Assembly (NCBI GenBank): GCA_001792535.1
Contig: MGGS01000018.1
Location: 3,432 to 67,431 of the forward strand
Reading direction: 5' to 3'
Length of the DNA: 64,000 nt
Source of the DNA: Candidatus Woesebacteria bacterium RIFCSPHIGHO2_02_FULL_42_20
Lineage (GTDB): Bacteria; Patescibacteriota; Microgenomatia; UBA8517
A program made the position numbers and the translations under genes. The notes under the pieces were generated by a model, which ran no database searches, was not told where the DNA came from, and saw only the letters and a program-made list of their open reading frames with translations. This document shows positions 1-9,567 of this stretch, in pieces; position 1 is the first letter of the stretch; each line of letters opens with the position of its first letter.

Positions 1-660
1 TGTGTTATCAAAATCGGAATAATACTGATAATCAACATATACACCCTTTATGTAGGAATCTTCTCCAAGAAATAGGATGTAAGGGTACTGCTCTTCACCT
101 CTTGCAACCAAGTTTTTATACAGCCCCTTTGTAACTGCGTCTTTTTTAGCATCTACTTTTAGCTTCCGAATTAATTTTTGGTAAACTTCTTTGTTTGATG
201 GATAGAAATTTAGTGCCGATACAATGTGAGGCCTACCAACAGATTCTCCTCCAGACGTTTTAAAACAATCATTTTCCGTTAGCTTAAATCCTAACTTTCT
301 AATGTTCTTTACCATTTTTTGCATCCTAATCACCCTTGCTTCCTGTGCCTTTCGACAATGCGTAAGCAGGTCCCTATTTGTGGGATCCACAAAAAGTCCA
401 ACTACATGAAGGCCACTCGTTGGTCCCCCACCTAAGTCAAGAGGCCATCCCGATGAGACTTCTATCCCGATTATCCATTTTGTGTACAAGTCTCTATTAT
501 TGTTAAGGATATTAACCACTTTACTATCCGGTAGAGAATCGTGGTCCGTAAAGGCAACCACGCCAATATTTCTTTCTTCACAAATTTCCAACACCTGTCT
601 ATGGCTAAGCTTGCCGTCCGATGTTATTGTATGACTGTGAAGTGTCTCGATCTTCTTCAT
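1..660 (-). CDS. PHP-domain metallophosphoesterase (partial, runs off window start)
   Basis: Manual translation from ATG at 660: MKKIETLHSHTITSDGKLSH...VAFTDHDS, giving PHP motifs HxHT..SDG and TDHD. Not in the ORF track. Confidence 0.85.
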   Translation of the reverse strand, partial: MKKIETLHSHTITSDGKLSHRQVLEICEERNIGVVAFTDHDSLPDSKVVNILNNNRDLYTKWIIGIEVSSGWPLDLGGGPTSGLHVVGLFVDPTNRDLLTHCRKAQEARVIRMQKMVKNIRKLGFKLTENDCFKTSGGESVGRPHIVSALNFYPSNKEVYQKLIRKLKVDAKKDAVTKGLYKNLVARGEEQYPYILFLGEDSYIKGVYVDYQYYSDFDNT

Positions 661-863
661 TTTTGTTTTAGGCTTTCGATTTCTTCTTTAGTTGACTAAA
701 TCATACCGAGAAGCACGTTTTGGTCGTCGCGAACCTGGTCGGCAAAGGAGTCGCCAAACCGCGTACGGACCAACTCGCCGTTTAATTTCAATTTTTCAGC
801 ATATCTAGCTTCATAATTCTTAAGTTTAGCTTCAAGCTCTCTTACCCTGCTGGTCTTACCCAT
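657..863 (-). pseudogene. Small coiled-coil protein with an internal in-frame TAG
   Basis: MGKTSRVRELEAKLK...LLGMI(TAG)STKEEIESLKQK(TGA); the TGA overlaps the PHP start (ATGA). TATAAT lies just upstream. Confidence 0.45.
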
Positions 864-933
864 ATTTACAGATTATAGCATTTTCATTTCTTAGTATTGA
901 CAAAAAACAATGTTACCTTTAATATTACCTTAT

Positions 934-1194
934 ATGGATACAAATATTGTAACATTTTCGGTTAGCGATTTGAGGCATGACACCACTAAAGTCTTAAAAG
1001 AGACATTAAACCGAGGGTTTGCATATCTTTTGAGGCATTCCAAACCGGAATTTGCATTGGTCGACATTAATTATTTACAGTCTCTAAGAGAGGCGTACGA
1101 AGATTACTTGGATATGCTGGAATTCGACAAAACAGTTAATCTCAAAAAAGTGCCTCTTGGAGCTCACAAAAGTAAGTTTATTGGCAATAAATGA
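934..1194 (+). CDS. Phd/YefM-family antitoxin
   Basis: SVSDLR..T.KVL...LLRHSKPEFALV pattern; ATGA-coupled to a RelE-like toxin; TTGACA at 897. Start taken at MDTNIV. Confidence 0.8.
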   Translation: MDTNIVTFSVSDLRHDTTKVLKETLNRGFAYLLRHSKPEFALVDINYLQSLREAYEDYLDMLEFDKTVNLKKVPLGAHKSKFIGNK

Positions 1195-1442
1195 AAACTT
1201 TCCTATCCTCCAAAGCAGATAAACAACTTACAAAACTTCCGCGCAAAATGCATGAAACGCTCCTTATTAGAATCGAGGCTCTACAAATTAATCCATTTCC
1301 ACCAAATTCGAAAAAACTACAAGGCAGAGCGGGCTGGCGAATCAGGGTCGGTGATTACCGAATTCTCTATACAGTTGATTCACGGAAAAAAGAGTTGACC
1401 GCACTGTCGATAGCCCACAGGAAAGACGCTTACAAAGAATGA
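1191..1442 (+). CDS. RelE/ParE-family toxin
   Basis: 83 aa with KKLQG...WRIRVGDYRILY and HRKDAY. Confidence 0.9.
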   Translation: MKTFLSSKADKQLTKLPRKMHETLLIRIEALQINPFPPNSKKLQGRAGWRIRVGDYRILYTVDSRKKELTALSIAHRKDAYKE

Positions 1443-3025
1443 ACTAATTTGTATAATGTAACCCCCCCCACATCCCACTCTCCTTCAATTTTGCTCCAGC
1501 CGAAGTTTGCCACTTCCGTTTTTGGATTATGCGTCGGGTCGCATTTTTCTTTCTGCAATTCGCAGACAACAAATAACTGATCCGTCGATGTGGCCTCATA
1601 GTTTAAAGGGTCAATATCAACAACCGGGTCAAATCGCCACTCTAAAATATATTGATAAGCATCTTCGTAATTTCGCTCAGCGATCACGGCTATATTGAAT
1701 CTGGCAAAATTTGACTCCTCAACAATTTTGTCTGCCACTTCAAGGCTCCTCTGCAGCTGCCGGTTGAGGGAATACCTCAATGGATTGCCCGCCAAATTAA
1801 CCAGAACCAGGTAGCCAACCGTAAGCACTAAAATTATTTTTCCGACTCTATTTGACTTTTTCCAAATAAAACTAAACAGAGTACCCAAAAATATAAATAT
1901 GGCTGGGAATAAAAACCCAAAATAATGATCGTAGATTTGTTGTTTATATAGCGAGAGGCCGATTATACCGAAACCTAACCACGCCAAGACAAGCAAAAAT
2001 GATGTCTGAAAAACAAGTTTTCGTTTTCTAATGCTCTCATAAATAGCCCAAGCTAAAGTCCAAATGCTTCCCCAAGTCACAATATAAGTAGCGTTGATAT
2101 CGCCTGCTCCAACCAAACTGGAATTAATCTGATCATAAATAGGCAAAGTCTTATCCAAATTCGCCCACGGCTTGGCCGATACCGTAGTCTGGCGCTCAAG
2201 GAAAAATTTCTTGATGGCTGCGGCGTTTTGCCAGTCGTGCCGGGCGTCAAAGACAGCCAGTGGAGACATAAGCCCTACGAAAATGATAAAAGCCAATAAA
2301 GTATTTCGCAGGAAATTTACAAATTCCAATTTCCAATTTTCAAACAATTTCAAAATTCTAATTTTTACAAATACAAAAAGCAAAAAAACTAAAATAGTTG
2401 GTAATAAAAGTAGTCCTAAATAGTGACTTTGCAGAACAAAGGCAAAGGATGTTCCAAGAATTAGATACCATATTACTTTACCTTTTTTGAAAATTTTCCA
2501 TAAAGAATACATCGACAAAATGGCAAAAAAAGGCATTATATTAGGATTCCATGAAGAGTGTGAATAAGTAATTACAACAGGGGAAATCGCATAAAAGAAT
2601 GCGGCAATCCATGCCGCTTTCACCCCGAACCACTCACGAGAAACAAACCAAACCATAAACACAGTTGCTACCCCCAACACTGCTATACCAACAGCCGGGC
2701 CAGCAGGGCTTAGCCCAAACAAAAACAGCCAAGGTGCCATGAAATAGTAATACAGCGGGCCCAAATACATATTACCGATCGATGTCCCAGGTCCTATCAG
2801 AATAGGATCCAGAAAGACAAGTAAGCGTCGGACAATGATAGCGTCCCTACCCTCATCGCCTAAAAACGTCATGTATTCGGAAATTCGCCAAAGTCTAAAA
2901 AATGCCGAAAGAGCAAGAATTAGCAACAAAAAAATAAATTCTTTTTGATTAATTTTTATCTTTTTCTTTATTTTTTCGCTAATCACCAACCACCAGTCAC
3001 CAATCACTATTTTAGTTTTTGCCAT
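1430..3025 (-). CDS. GT-C fold membrane glycosyltransferase (GT39/ArnT-like)
   Basis: Multi-TM; FLGDEGRD acidic loop, GPLYYY, WNPN motifs. Confidence 0.8.
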   Translation of the reverse strand: MAKTKIVIGDWWLVISEKIKKKIKINQKEFIFLLLILALSAFFRLWRISEYMTFLGDEGRDAIIVRRLLVFLDPILIGPGTSIGNMYLGPLYYYFMAPWLFLFGLSPAGPAVGIAVLGVATVFMVWFVSREWFGVKAAWIAAFFYAISPVVITYSHSSWNPNIMPFFAILSMYSLWKIFKKGKVIWYLILGTSFAFVLQSHYLGLLLLPTILVFLLFVFVKIRILKLFENWKLEFVNFLRNTLLAFIIFVGLMSPLAVFDARHDWQNAAAIKKFFLERQTTVSAKPWANLDKTLPIYDQINSSLVGAGDINATYIVTWGSIWTLAWAIYESIRKRKLVFQTSFLLVLAWLGFGIIGLSLYKQQIYDHYFGFLFPAIFIFLGTLFSFIWKKSNRVGKIILVLTVGYLVLVNLAGNPLRYSLNRQLQRSLEVADKIVEESNFARFNIAVIAERNYEDAYQYILEWRFDPVVDIDPLNYEATSTDQLFVVCELQKEKCDPTHNPKTEVANFGWSKIEGEWDVGGVTLYKLVHSL

Positions 3026-3717
3026 AATTTGAGTAAATCTACAAAACTTTTGATTATAACCTTAATACTTGCCCCCGTCTGACTTCCATAAACACGAGGA
3101 AAGTGATGCACACCTACCTCCGCAATTTTAAATCCTGCTTTCTTTGCCTTTGCCAGTAATTCCGGAGATATCATGCCTCCGCGAGTTGATTCTAAACACG
3201 GAATCTTATCCAACACATCTTTCTTAACCAATTTAAACGAACAATCTACATCTCTCACGTTAATACCCAAAAGCAAGTTTGCAAGTATTGTCCAACCAAA
3301 GCCGTTAATTTTGCGGAGCAGGGAGTCGCTCCTGGCCATACGAAAACCGACAACTACATCATAACCCTGAGAGGCTTTCAGATATAACTTGTTAATTTCC
3401 GAAAAGTCAAATTGCCCGTCTGCATCAATAGTCGCCACCCAATTATACCTCGCGTTATAAAAACCTGATTTTAAAGCTTCCCCATAGCCCTTATTTACTT
3501 TATGAGTGATGACTCTAATCTTTGGATCGCCAGCCTTGAGTTTATCCGCCACCAACCCCGTTTTATCACTTGAACCGTCGTTAACAATAATCACTTCCCA
3601 TTTCCCAGCTACCGTCTTAAGCACCCGGATTGCCTTTAATACTGTAGCCTTTAAATTTTTCTCTTCGTTAAAGGCCGGGAAAAAAACAGACAAGGAGTCG
3701 ATTAAATATCTGCCCAT
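3007..3717 (-). CDS. GT2 glycosyltransferase (polyprenol-phosphate sugar synthase-like)
   Basis: FFPAFNEE, VNDGSSD, DADGQF, DVDCSFK. Confidence 0.9.
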   Translation of the reverse strand: MGRYLIDSLSVFFPAFNEEKNLKATVLKAIRVLKTVAGKWEVIIVNDGSSDKTGLVADKLKAGDPKIRVITHKVNKGYGEALKSGFYNARYNWVATIDADGQFDFSEINKLYLKASQGYDVVVGFRMARSDSLLRKINGFGWTILANLLLGINVRDVDCSFKLVKKDVLDKIPCLESTRGGMISPELLAKAKKAGFKIAEVGVHHFPRVYGSQTGASIKVIIKSFVDLLKLWQKLK

Positions 3718-3757
3718 ATGATATTATCGTAAGTATATCAAAAAACTACTGATCATA

Positions 3758-4879
3758 TTGCTATTTACCGTCGTCCCGACCTTTTTGGTGTGGTTGCCTT
3801 TCCTGCTCAAATCTGAAAGCTTTTTGGGAATACCGCTGCCCCAAAACGGTTTACAAACAGTGGTTGCCAATTACGACGGCCCGCTTTACCTTGTCGTAAC
3901 CAAGACATTATATTCGGCGAATCTAATCAAAGAAAATTTTGCGTTTCCCCTCCCTGTCGAATATTATGCGGCACACTTCCCGTTATTTCCCGTTCTAATT
4001 AGATTATTTGCAAATATCACTTATGCTCCATATGCCATGCTTATAGTAACCGTTGCCTCCGCATTTATCGCACATCTCTATTTTTTCAAACTGGCAAGAA
4101 CCTATCTAGACACAGAGAAGTCGATGTTCCTTACTGCCATTTTTTCGATTTTTCCGGCACGGTGGTTGATCGTACGGTCGGTAGGGTCACCCGAACCTTT
4201 ATTTATTGCGGCAATTATCGCAGCAATTTATTACTTTAAAAACAAAAAATATCTACTCTCGGGCATATTCGGAGCCGCTGCTCAACTAACCAAATCGCCG
4301 GGGATCTTACTTTTTATTGCCTTTGTGGGAGTTTGGGCAATAGACACTCTGCAAAAAATGTCTATCGTAAACAAAAACTTCAAATATCACTTTTCACCCA
4401 AAGCACTAGCAATCCTTTTAATCCCCGCTAGTCTCCTGGCTGTTTTTTGCATATATAAACTAACCTTTGGAAGTTTTACCGCATACTTTAGCTCGGGAGA
4501 CAACATACACATCTTTTTTCCGCCCTTTCAAATCTTTAATTACTCGGCGCCTTGGGTTGGAACGTTTTGGTTAGAAGAGATTCTTTTCATTTATTCATTG
4601 GGTCTTCTTGGAGTAATTCATTTGATTAAAGACAAGGATTATATACCTGCAACTTTCTCTTTGGTTTTTTTTCTCACTTTAATTTTCGTGTCGCATAGAG
4701 ATTTACTTAGATACTCGCTTCCATTAGTTCCGTTTGTTCTCATTTCCTTTAGGAAACTGCTTGTTTCAAAAGAGTTCAAAATCGTCTTTCTTTTCTTGCT
4801 TGTCCCAATTTATCTTTATAGTATTAGTTTTGTTTCTCAAAATGTGATGCACATTTCCGACTGGACGCCTTTCTTGTGA
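3758..4879 (+). CDS. Membrane mannosyltransferase-like (PIG-V/GT-C) protein; start uncertain
   Basis: Multi-TM; YDGPLY, AHFPLFP, SPEPLF motifs. Confidence 0.7.
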   Translation: MLFTVVPTFLVWLPFLLKSESFLGIPLPQNGLQTVVANYDGPLYLVVTKTLYSANLIKENFAFPLPVEYYAAHFPLFPVLIRLFANITYAPYAMLIVTVASAFIAHLYFFKLARTYLDTEKSMFLTAIFSIFPARWLIVRSVGSPEPLFIAAIIAAIYYFKNKKYLLSGIFGAAAQLTKSPGILLFIAFVGVWAIDTLQKMSIVNKNFKYHFSPKALAILLIPASLLAVFCIYKLTFGSFTAYFSSGDNIHIFFPPFQIFNYSAPWVGTFWLEEILFIYSLGLLGVIHLIKDKDYIPATFSLVFFLTLIFVSHRDLLRYSLPLVPFVLISFRKLLVSKEFKIVFLFLLVPIYLYSISFVSQNVMHISDWTPFL

Positions 4880-5206
4880 CAATCAGCCGTACGCCAGCGC
4901 AAGTCGTTAATTAAGAAACGACAGAATTACAACAGGATCTTCCCGGTCTTTATCTTCATAGCCATCAATTAGCTCTTTGACACCGGATCGGGTAGTCTGA
5001 TCTCCAAAATCTTCAGTTAGCCATCTCGTCGGTACGAACCAAAAACCCCATCGGAAGGGGCACGGATCCGTAAGGTTTACCAAGCTCGAGCCTCTGGATA
5101 GATACATCGTTGGCGATCAAGATCTGATGAGGAATCTTTTCATCAACCAGCCGCTGTAAAAATGCCAACACGTCAGAAAATATAGATTAAAAGCTTCTGC
5201 CAAAAA

Positions 5207-6418
5207 CTATCTATTGCGGCGAAAGGGAGATTTCCAAGTTTTCCAGATAAACAAGTTGTACATCGTATAGTTAAAGGCTAAAACCAAAGGCATAGCCACT
5301 AGAATACCAAGCTGGCGAATCAACCGCGTATCTCCCAGTCCCAACACCATCACACCAATTACCACAAACTGAATTACAATAGCTCCGACCGAAGTCAAAT
5401 TAAATTCCAAAAACTTTCTTGCCAGCTGCACTGGACTTGTTATTTTCACGTCTTTAAATGTCCAAATATTATTCCATGTAAAATTGCTAACTATTGCGGC
5501 TTCTGCCGCAAGCGCGGCGGCCCAAGCAGAAGATTCCGCCATAAAGGCTAAGAGGCTGTTTTTTAATCCGGACACCATCCTTGCTAGAGAAAGAGTAACA
5601 GGGGTACCCGCAAAAAGCTCCAACGCGACAGCGTTTACCAAGTAACCCACAAAACCGACGATGCCAAATTTTATAAATCTCTTCTTGTCACGGATACCCA
5701 ATATTATTGCAACTTTGAACGTGGCTATCATTTCTTTTGTGTTAAATTTTGATTTATCGGTCACTCTTGGCCTAAATTCCAAAGGCACCTCAACAACTTT
5801 TTTTGCATTCTTAATTGACTGGTGCATCAGATCAACTTTATAGGCAAAGCGCTCCCGTTCCATCAGGTTATCGAGATCGATTTTGTTTAGTACTCCATCT
5901 ACCTTTGTTAATCTAAAACCTGTAGTGAGATCATGAATTGAAGGCTTAACTAAAACCATACGGATAAATAAGTTGCCTGCAAAACTAATAAATTTTCGAA
6001 AAAATTCCCACTCTTTCGGAACCGACCCTCCTGGGATATAACGAGAACCGATCACGTAATCCGCGCCAGTTAGATAGGCATCGACCATTGGTTTTACAAA
6101 TTGGGGAGGATGCTGACCATCAGCATCCATTTCCATGACGGCGTCCGCTTTGAGTCTATCTACGGCATATCGAAAACCAACGACGTAAGCGTTTCCCAAC
6201 CCCTTGTTATTACCCTGCTGGATTATATGAAGATTCTTCCGCTCTTTCATTTCAGTCTCGACAACCTGGGTCATCCCGTCTGAAGAATTATTATCAGCAA
6301 CCAACATGTGCATTTCCGCGTTGATTCTGGGAAACTCAACATCAAACAATGTGTCGATCATTTTTTTGATGTTGTCTTTTTCATTCCAAGCTGCCATTAC
6401 GATTACGACTTTTTTCAT
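5207..6418 (-). CDS. Polyprenol-phosphate mannose synthase-like GT2 fused to a GtrA flippase-like domain
   Basis: MDADGQH, GSRYIPGG, DLTTGFR; C-terminal RFIKFGIVG...SNFTWNNIWTF. Confidence 0.85.
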   Translation of the reverse strand: MKKVVIVMAAWNEKDNIKKMIDTLFDVEFPRINAEMHMLVADNNSSDGMTQVVETEMKERKNLHIIQQGNNKGLGNAYVVGFRYAVDRLKADAVMEMDADGQHPPQFVKPMVDAYLTGADYVIGSRYIPGGSVPKEWEFFRKFISFAGNLFIRMVLVKPSIHDLTTGFRLTKVDGVLNKIDLDNLMERERFAYKVDLMHQSIKNAKKVVEVPLEFRPRVTDKSKFNTKEMIATFKVAIILGIRDKKRFIKFGIVGFVGYLVNAVALELFAGTPVTLSLARMVSGLKNSLLAFMAESSAWAAALAAEAAIVSNFTWNNIWTFKDVKITSPVQLARKFLEFNLTSVGAIVIQFVVIGVMVLGLGDTRLIRQLGILVAMPLVLAFNYTMYNLFIWKTWKSPFRRNR

Positions 6419-6434
6419 AACATTTAAGTATATA

Positions 6435-7226
6435 CTACTCAAATAGAGTTAGTGCACCGAAAAGCGCGGCATGCTCCCCAAGGGAAGAAATTTTGAACTT
6501 TGGCACAGGATAAATTTTCAAATAGTCTTTAAGCAAGGACCTCAATCGATAAACTTTTTCGCTCTTGTTTAAAGCAACGCCGCCGCCAAAAATTACCAAC
6601 TTAGTAGGCCTGACAACTAGTACATTGGTTATTCCCTTGGCCATAACAGGTAGTATTTTATTCCAATTCTCCTCTTCCAAATCTTCCGCGCCCTTGCCAA
6701 AGTTTCTCTTAATTCCTGCTCCGCCTACAATTGCCTCTAGCTCCTTGCCGCCTTCGACAATTTGGTGACCAGGCTCAAACCTGTCAACTACTAATTTGCC
6801 CCCAGACAGTTTTATTTCAGTTCCTCCGATTGCTGTACCCCAAATAAAAAAAACAAATTCTTGATCCCTACCTCCTCCGTATGTAGCTTCCCCAATGGCT
6901 GCTAAGGTCGTATCGTTCTCCGCCTTTACAGGACAAGTAAATTCGTTCTCCAAGTCGTGAACAATTTTTCTCCCATTCCAATCAAGCAAATTCGGGCAAA
7001 TCACGACCTCTTTATTCTCGTCCTCCAACGTCCCCGGGATGCCTATTCCCACGCCTTTTAATTCCTCCGAGGATAACTTGTCAACTGTATGGAGAATATT
7101 TTTTAAATCAAGTTTGTAATCATTATTTACGTCAAATTTCTCAAACTCAACAATCTTGGGGTTACTCAGCCCGTCAAAAGAGGCAATTTTAATATTTGTT
7201 CCGCCCACATCAATGCCGATATACAT
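6435..7226 (-). CDS. ROK family sugar kinase
   Basis: IGIDVGGTNIK, GIGIPG, END, EPGH, FGGGV. Confidence 0.85.
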   Translation of the reverse strand: MYIGIDVGGTNIKIASFDGLSNPKIVEFEKFDVNNDYKLDLKNILHTVDKLSSEELKGVGIGIPGTLEDENKEVVICPNLLDWNGRKIVHDLENEFTCPVKAENDTTLAAIGEATYGGGRDQEFVFFIWGTAIGGTEIKLSGGKLVVDRFEPGHQIVEGGKELEAIVGGAGIKRNFGKGAEDLEEENWNKILPVMAKGITNVLVVRPTKLVIFGGGVALNKSEKVYRLRSLLKDYLKIYPVPKFKISSLGEHAALFGALTLFE

Positions 7227-7303
7227 ATTTCGATTATAGTACATAAAGATCAACAAGTTATGTTTTAGTTCCAAAAACGACTATGGGATGATATAATTGG
7301 GAC

Positions 7304-8128
7304 ATGTCAGTTGAGGTTGGCAAAGGCGGATTATATTTTTTAAAACAGGCGGCAGCATCTATTCTGCCCCCAGATTATTACGTCCGGATACGGACCATGA
7401 TGCACGGCGCAATCGACAGAGTTAAGTACCCTCGAATTATCCCTGTTAATATCGGCAACACAAGTTTTATATTAGAGGTACAAAATAGACGGCAAGCAGA
7501 TATGATAGACGGTCGATACAATGAGGTAGATTTTACTCTTGCACTCCAAGATAGATTGCGTGAAGATGATATAATTTATAACGTGGGTGCTGCGTATGGA
7601 TTGCTCGCTTTACCTCTTGGTATGCGCTGTCCAAATACGGTTGACGTATTTGCTTTTGAACCCGATTATGAGCTTGGAATAGATCTAGCTCAAAATATAC
7701 TACTCAACAATGCTGGAAATATTCACCCATATCAAATAGCTATTGGCAACTTTAACGGTACAGTTGATCTACAAACAAGCGGGCGAGGCGGCAACGCACC
7801 TCAAACTACCGGAACGTGTAACGCCGGGTTTATGTTTAGGCGTCCAGTTACTCTGCGTAGCATAGAATCGCTAGTTTCTAATAGTGGATTACCAGCACCA
7901 ACTTTTTTAACGGTAGATGTCGAGGGATACGCGATGCATGTTTTGGAGGGGTTAAGAAATATCAAACCAAGAGTGATTGCGATAGAGGTTCACCCCGGAC
8001 GCGGCGGCATAAAACCAGAAACTCTGGCTGGTATAGAAGATTCTATCGGCCCGGATTATAAAATTGTATACAACAAACCTAGAGGTGGAGAAATACATAC
8101 TATTTGGGCTTCCAGCGCTTGGGAATAA
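7304..8128 (+). CDS. FkbM-family methyltransferase
   Basis: NVGAAYG, AFEP, VDVEG, IEVH motifs. Confidence 0.8.
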   Translation: MSVEVGKGGLYFLKQAAASILPPDYYVRIRTMMHGAIDRVKYPRIIPVNIGNTSFILEVQNRRQADMIDGRYNEVDFTLALQDRLREDDIIYNVGAAYGLLALPLGMRCPNTVDVFAFEPDYELGIDLAQNILLNNAGNIHPYQIAIGNFNGTVDLQTSGRGGNAPQTTGTCNAGFMFRRPVTLRSIESLVSNSGLPAPTFLTVDVEGYAMHVLEGLRNIKPRVIAIEVHPGRGGIKPETLAGIEDSIGPDYKIVYNKPRGGEIHTIWASSAWE

Positions 8129-8519
8129 ACTTGCCCAGACTCAATACCAACTTTATAAGCAAGTAATTCCAAAGGAAGTTAACTACAAGCATACTTAGCA
8201 AAAAGCCAGCAGTACTCATGTTAATGACATCCTCCCCGGTCTAACAAGCGGGGTTTCCCTCCAAAGGAGGATGACATATCAGCGTTCAATTCATCCCCGT
8301 GCTTACGCACGGGGTTTTCTTGAATGCTGTTATAAAGTTTCCTGCCAATAAAAGCGATGGCAAGCCAAGTATATAGAACACTGCCGTACTTGCTTTGCAA
8401 AAAAGAAAAATACCCTCGATGCTGCCGGCCATCGCACATCCGAATGCCGGGATAAAACTCAACATTCCGATTATCGACAAGGCTAATGATAAGATGAATA
8501 TCTTATTGTTTTTTCTCAT
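8100..8519 (-). pseudogene. Small membrane protein (putative cassette 2) interrupted by a 99-bp element
   Basis: MRKNNKIFILSL...GNFITAF then, in the same frame after the insert, NMSTAGFLLSMLVVNFLWNYLLIKLVLSLGKFIPKRWKPK*. Confidence 0.7.
8224..8322 (-). mobile_element. Non-autonomous IS200/IS605-type miniature element (PATE/MITE-like)
   Basis: Left hairpin CCCCGTGC-GTAA-GCACGGGG; right hairpin GAAA-CCCCG...CGGGG ending GAGGATGTCAT; no target duplication seen; removal restores the host reading frame. Confidence 0.7.
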
Positions 8520-8543
8520 AAAATAATTTTCAAAATATATTTC

Positions 8544-8658
8544 GCCTAACGTTCGGTATATCTGATGTCCCGCCGACACCTTGATCTATTTTACCAATTT
8601 TCGGCGGGATATGGGAGAGTGCCGAGCCGAGGCACTCTCCAGACATACTGTGTTGTCC
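8544..8658 (-). other. attC-like recombination site
   Basis: Minus strand: GGACAAC-acagt-ATGTCTG ... two internal hairpins ... CAGATAT-accgaac-GTTAGGC, between two co-oriented genes. Confidence 0.65.
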
Positions 8659-8736
8659 AAGGGTGAGCGACGTTAGGAGTGAAAGCGCAGCGTCCCCTTG
8701 AGTTCAAACCTGAGAAGCTTTGGATAAATAACCTAC

Positions 8737-9462
8737 TTAGTTTTTAATCGTTTTTTGCTTAATCTTAAATATTTGACCAGTAATATGATCGGATCGAGAA
8801 GATGCAAGAAATTCGACTAAGTCAGCAACATATTTTGGCTGAAGACACTCGTCTTTTGAATCTGGGAAAAATGTTTGTACCCCCGCGGTCCAAACATACC
8901 AAGGGGAAACTGCATTAACTTGAATTAGTTTATTGCGGAGCTCAACAGATAAAAGTTTTGTAAATTCATCCAGATATTTTTTGGATGCAAGATAAGGAAG
9001 CCAACCTTTTTCTTCTTCGGAGGAATCACCAGTGATATTAATTATCTTCCCACCTGAATTTATCAATGGAATAAGTTGTTGAGTTAAGATGGTTGTACCA
9101 GTAATACCAACATCAAATATCTCTTGAATTCGTTGAATGTCATGATCCTCAAAAGTAACACCATAATAGGCTTCCTTATCGTTATGCCAAACACCAGCAG
9201 CATTGACTAAAATATCAACGTTTTTATAATCTTTTTTTATCTTAGAAACAAAACTTTTTATCTCACTTTGTTTTGATAAATCCACTGAAAAAATTTTTCC
9301 TTTGCCCTTCTTCTTTTCGATAATTCTAAGAGTTTCTTGCAACCCGTTTTTATTTCTGCCCACCATTATGCAAAAAACACCTTTTTGGCTAAGAGCAACC
9401 ACGATTTCTCTACCAATTCCGATACTGGCACCAGTGATGATAGCAATTTTTGATTTGGTCAT
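8737..9462 (-). CDS. SDR family oxidoreductase (putative cassette 1)
   Basis: TGASIGIG, VNAAG, YLASK (YxxxK). Confidence 0.9.
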   Translation of the reverse strand: MTKSKIAIITGASIGIGREIVVALSQKGVFCIMVGRNKNGLQETLRIIEKKKGKGKIFSVDLSKQSEIKSFVSKIKKDYKNVDILVNAAGVWHNDKEAYYGVTFEDHDIQRIQEIFDVGITGTTILTQQLIPLINSGGKIINITGDSSEEEKGWLPYLASKKYLDEFTKLLSVELRNKLIQVNAVSPWYVWTAGVQTFFPDSKDECLQPKYVADLVEFLASSRSDHITGQIFKIKQKTIKN

Positions 9463-9498
9463 AGAATTAACTTTGGTTATATTTAATCTCAGGTTTGA

Positions 9499-9540
9499 AT
9501 TTCGCACAACTAGTGTTTATGCGAATATTTGTTCGTATAA
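9499..9540 (-). other. attI-like site
   Basis: Core GTTGTGCGAAAT on minus strand (10/12 match to the attC junction GTTAGGCGAAAT); imperfect inverted repeat TTATGCGAA..TTCGTATAA; directly upstream of the divergent integrase. Confidence 0.55.
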
Positions 9541-9567
9541 ACCGTAAAATTGTGATAATATAGTATC

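Noticed and set aside
4880-5200. ORF 4907-5107 and an overlapping alternative frame
   Set aside because: Short, no motif, competing frames; possibly a decayed gene but unsupported.
7304-8128. FkbM gene as a third cassette
   Set aside because: Opposite strand, own -10 element, overlaps the end of cassette 2, and no attC-like site seen.
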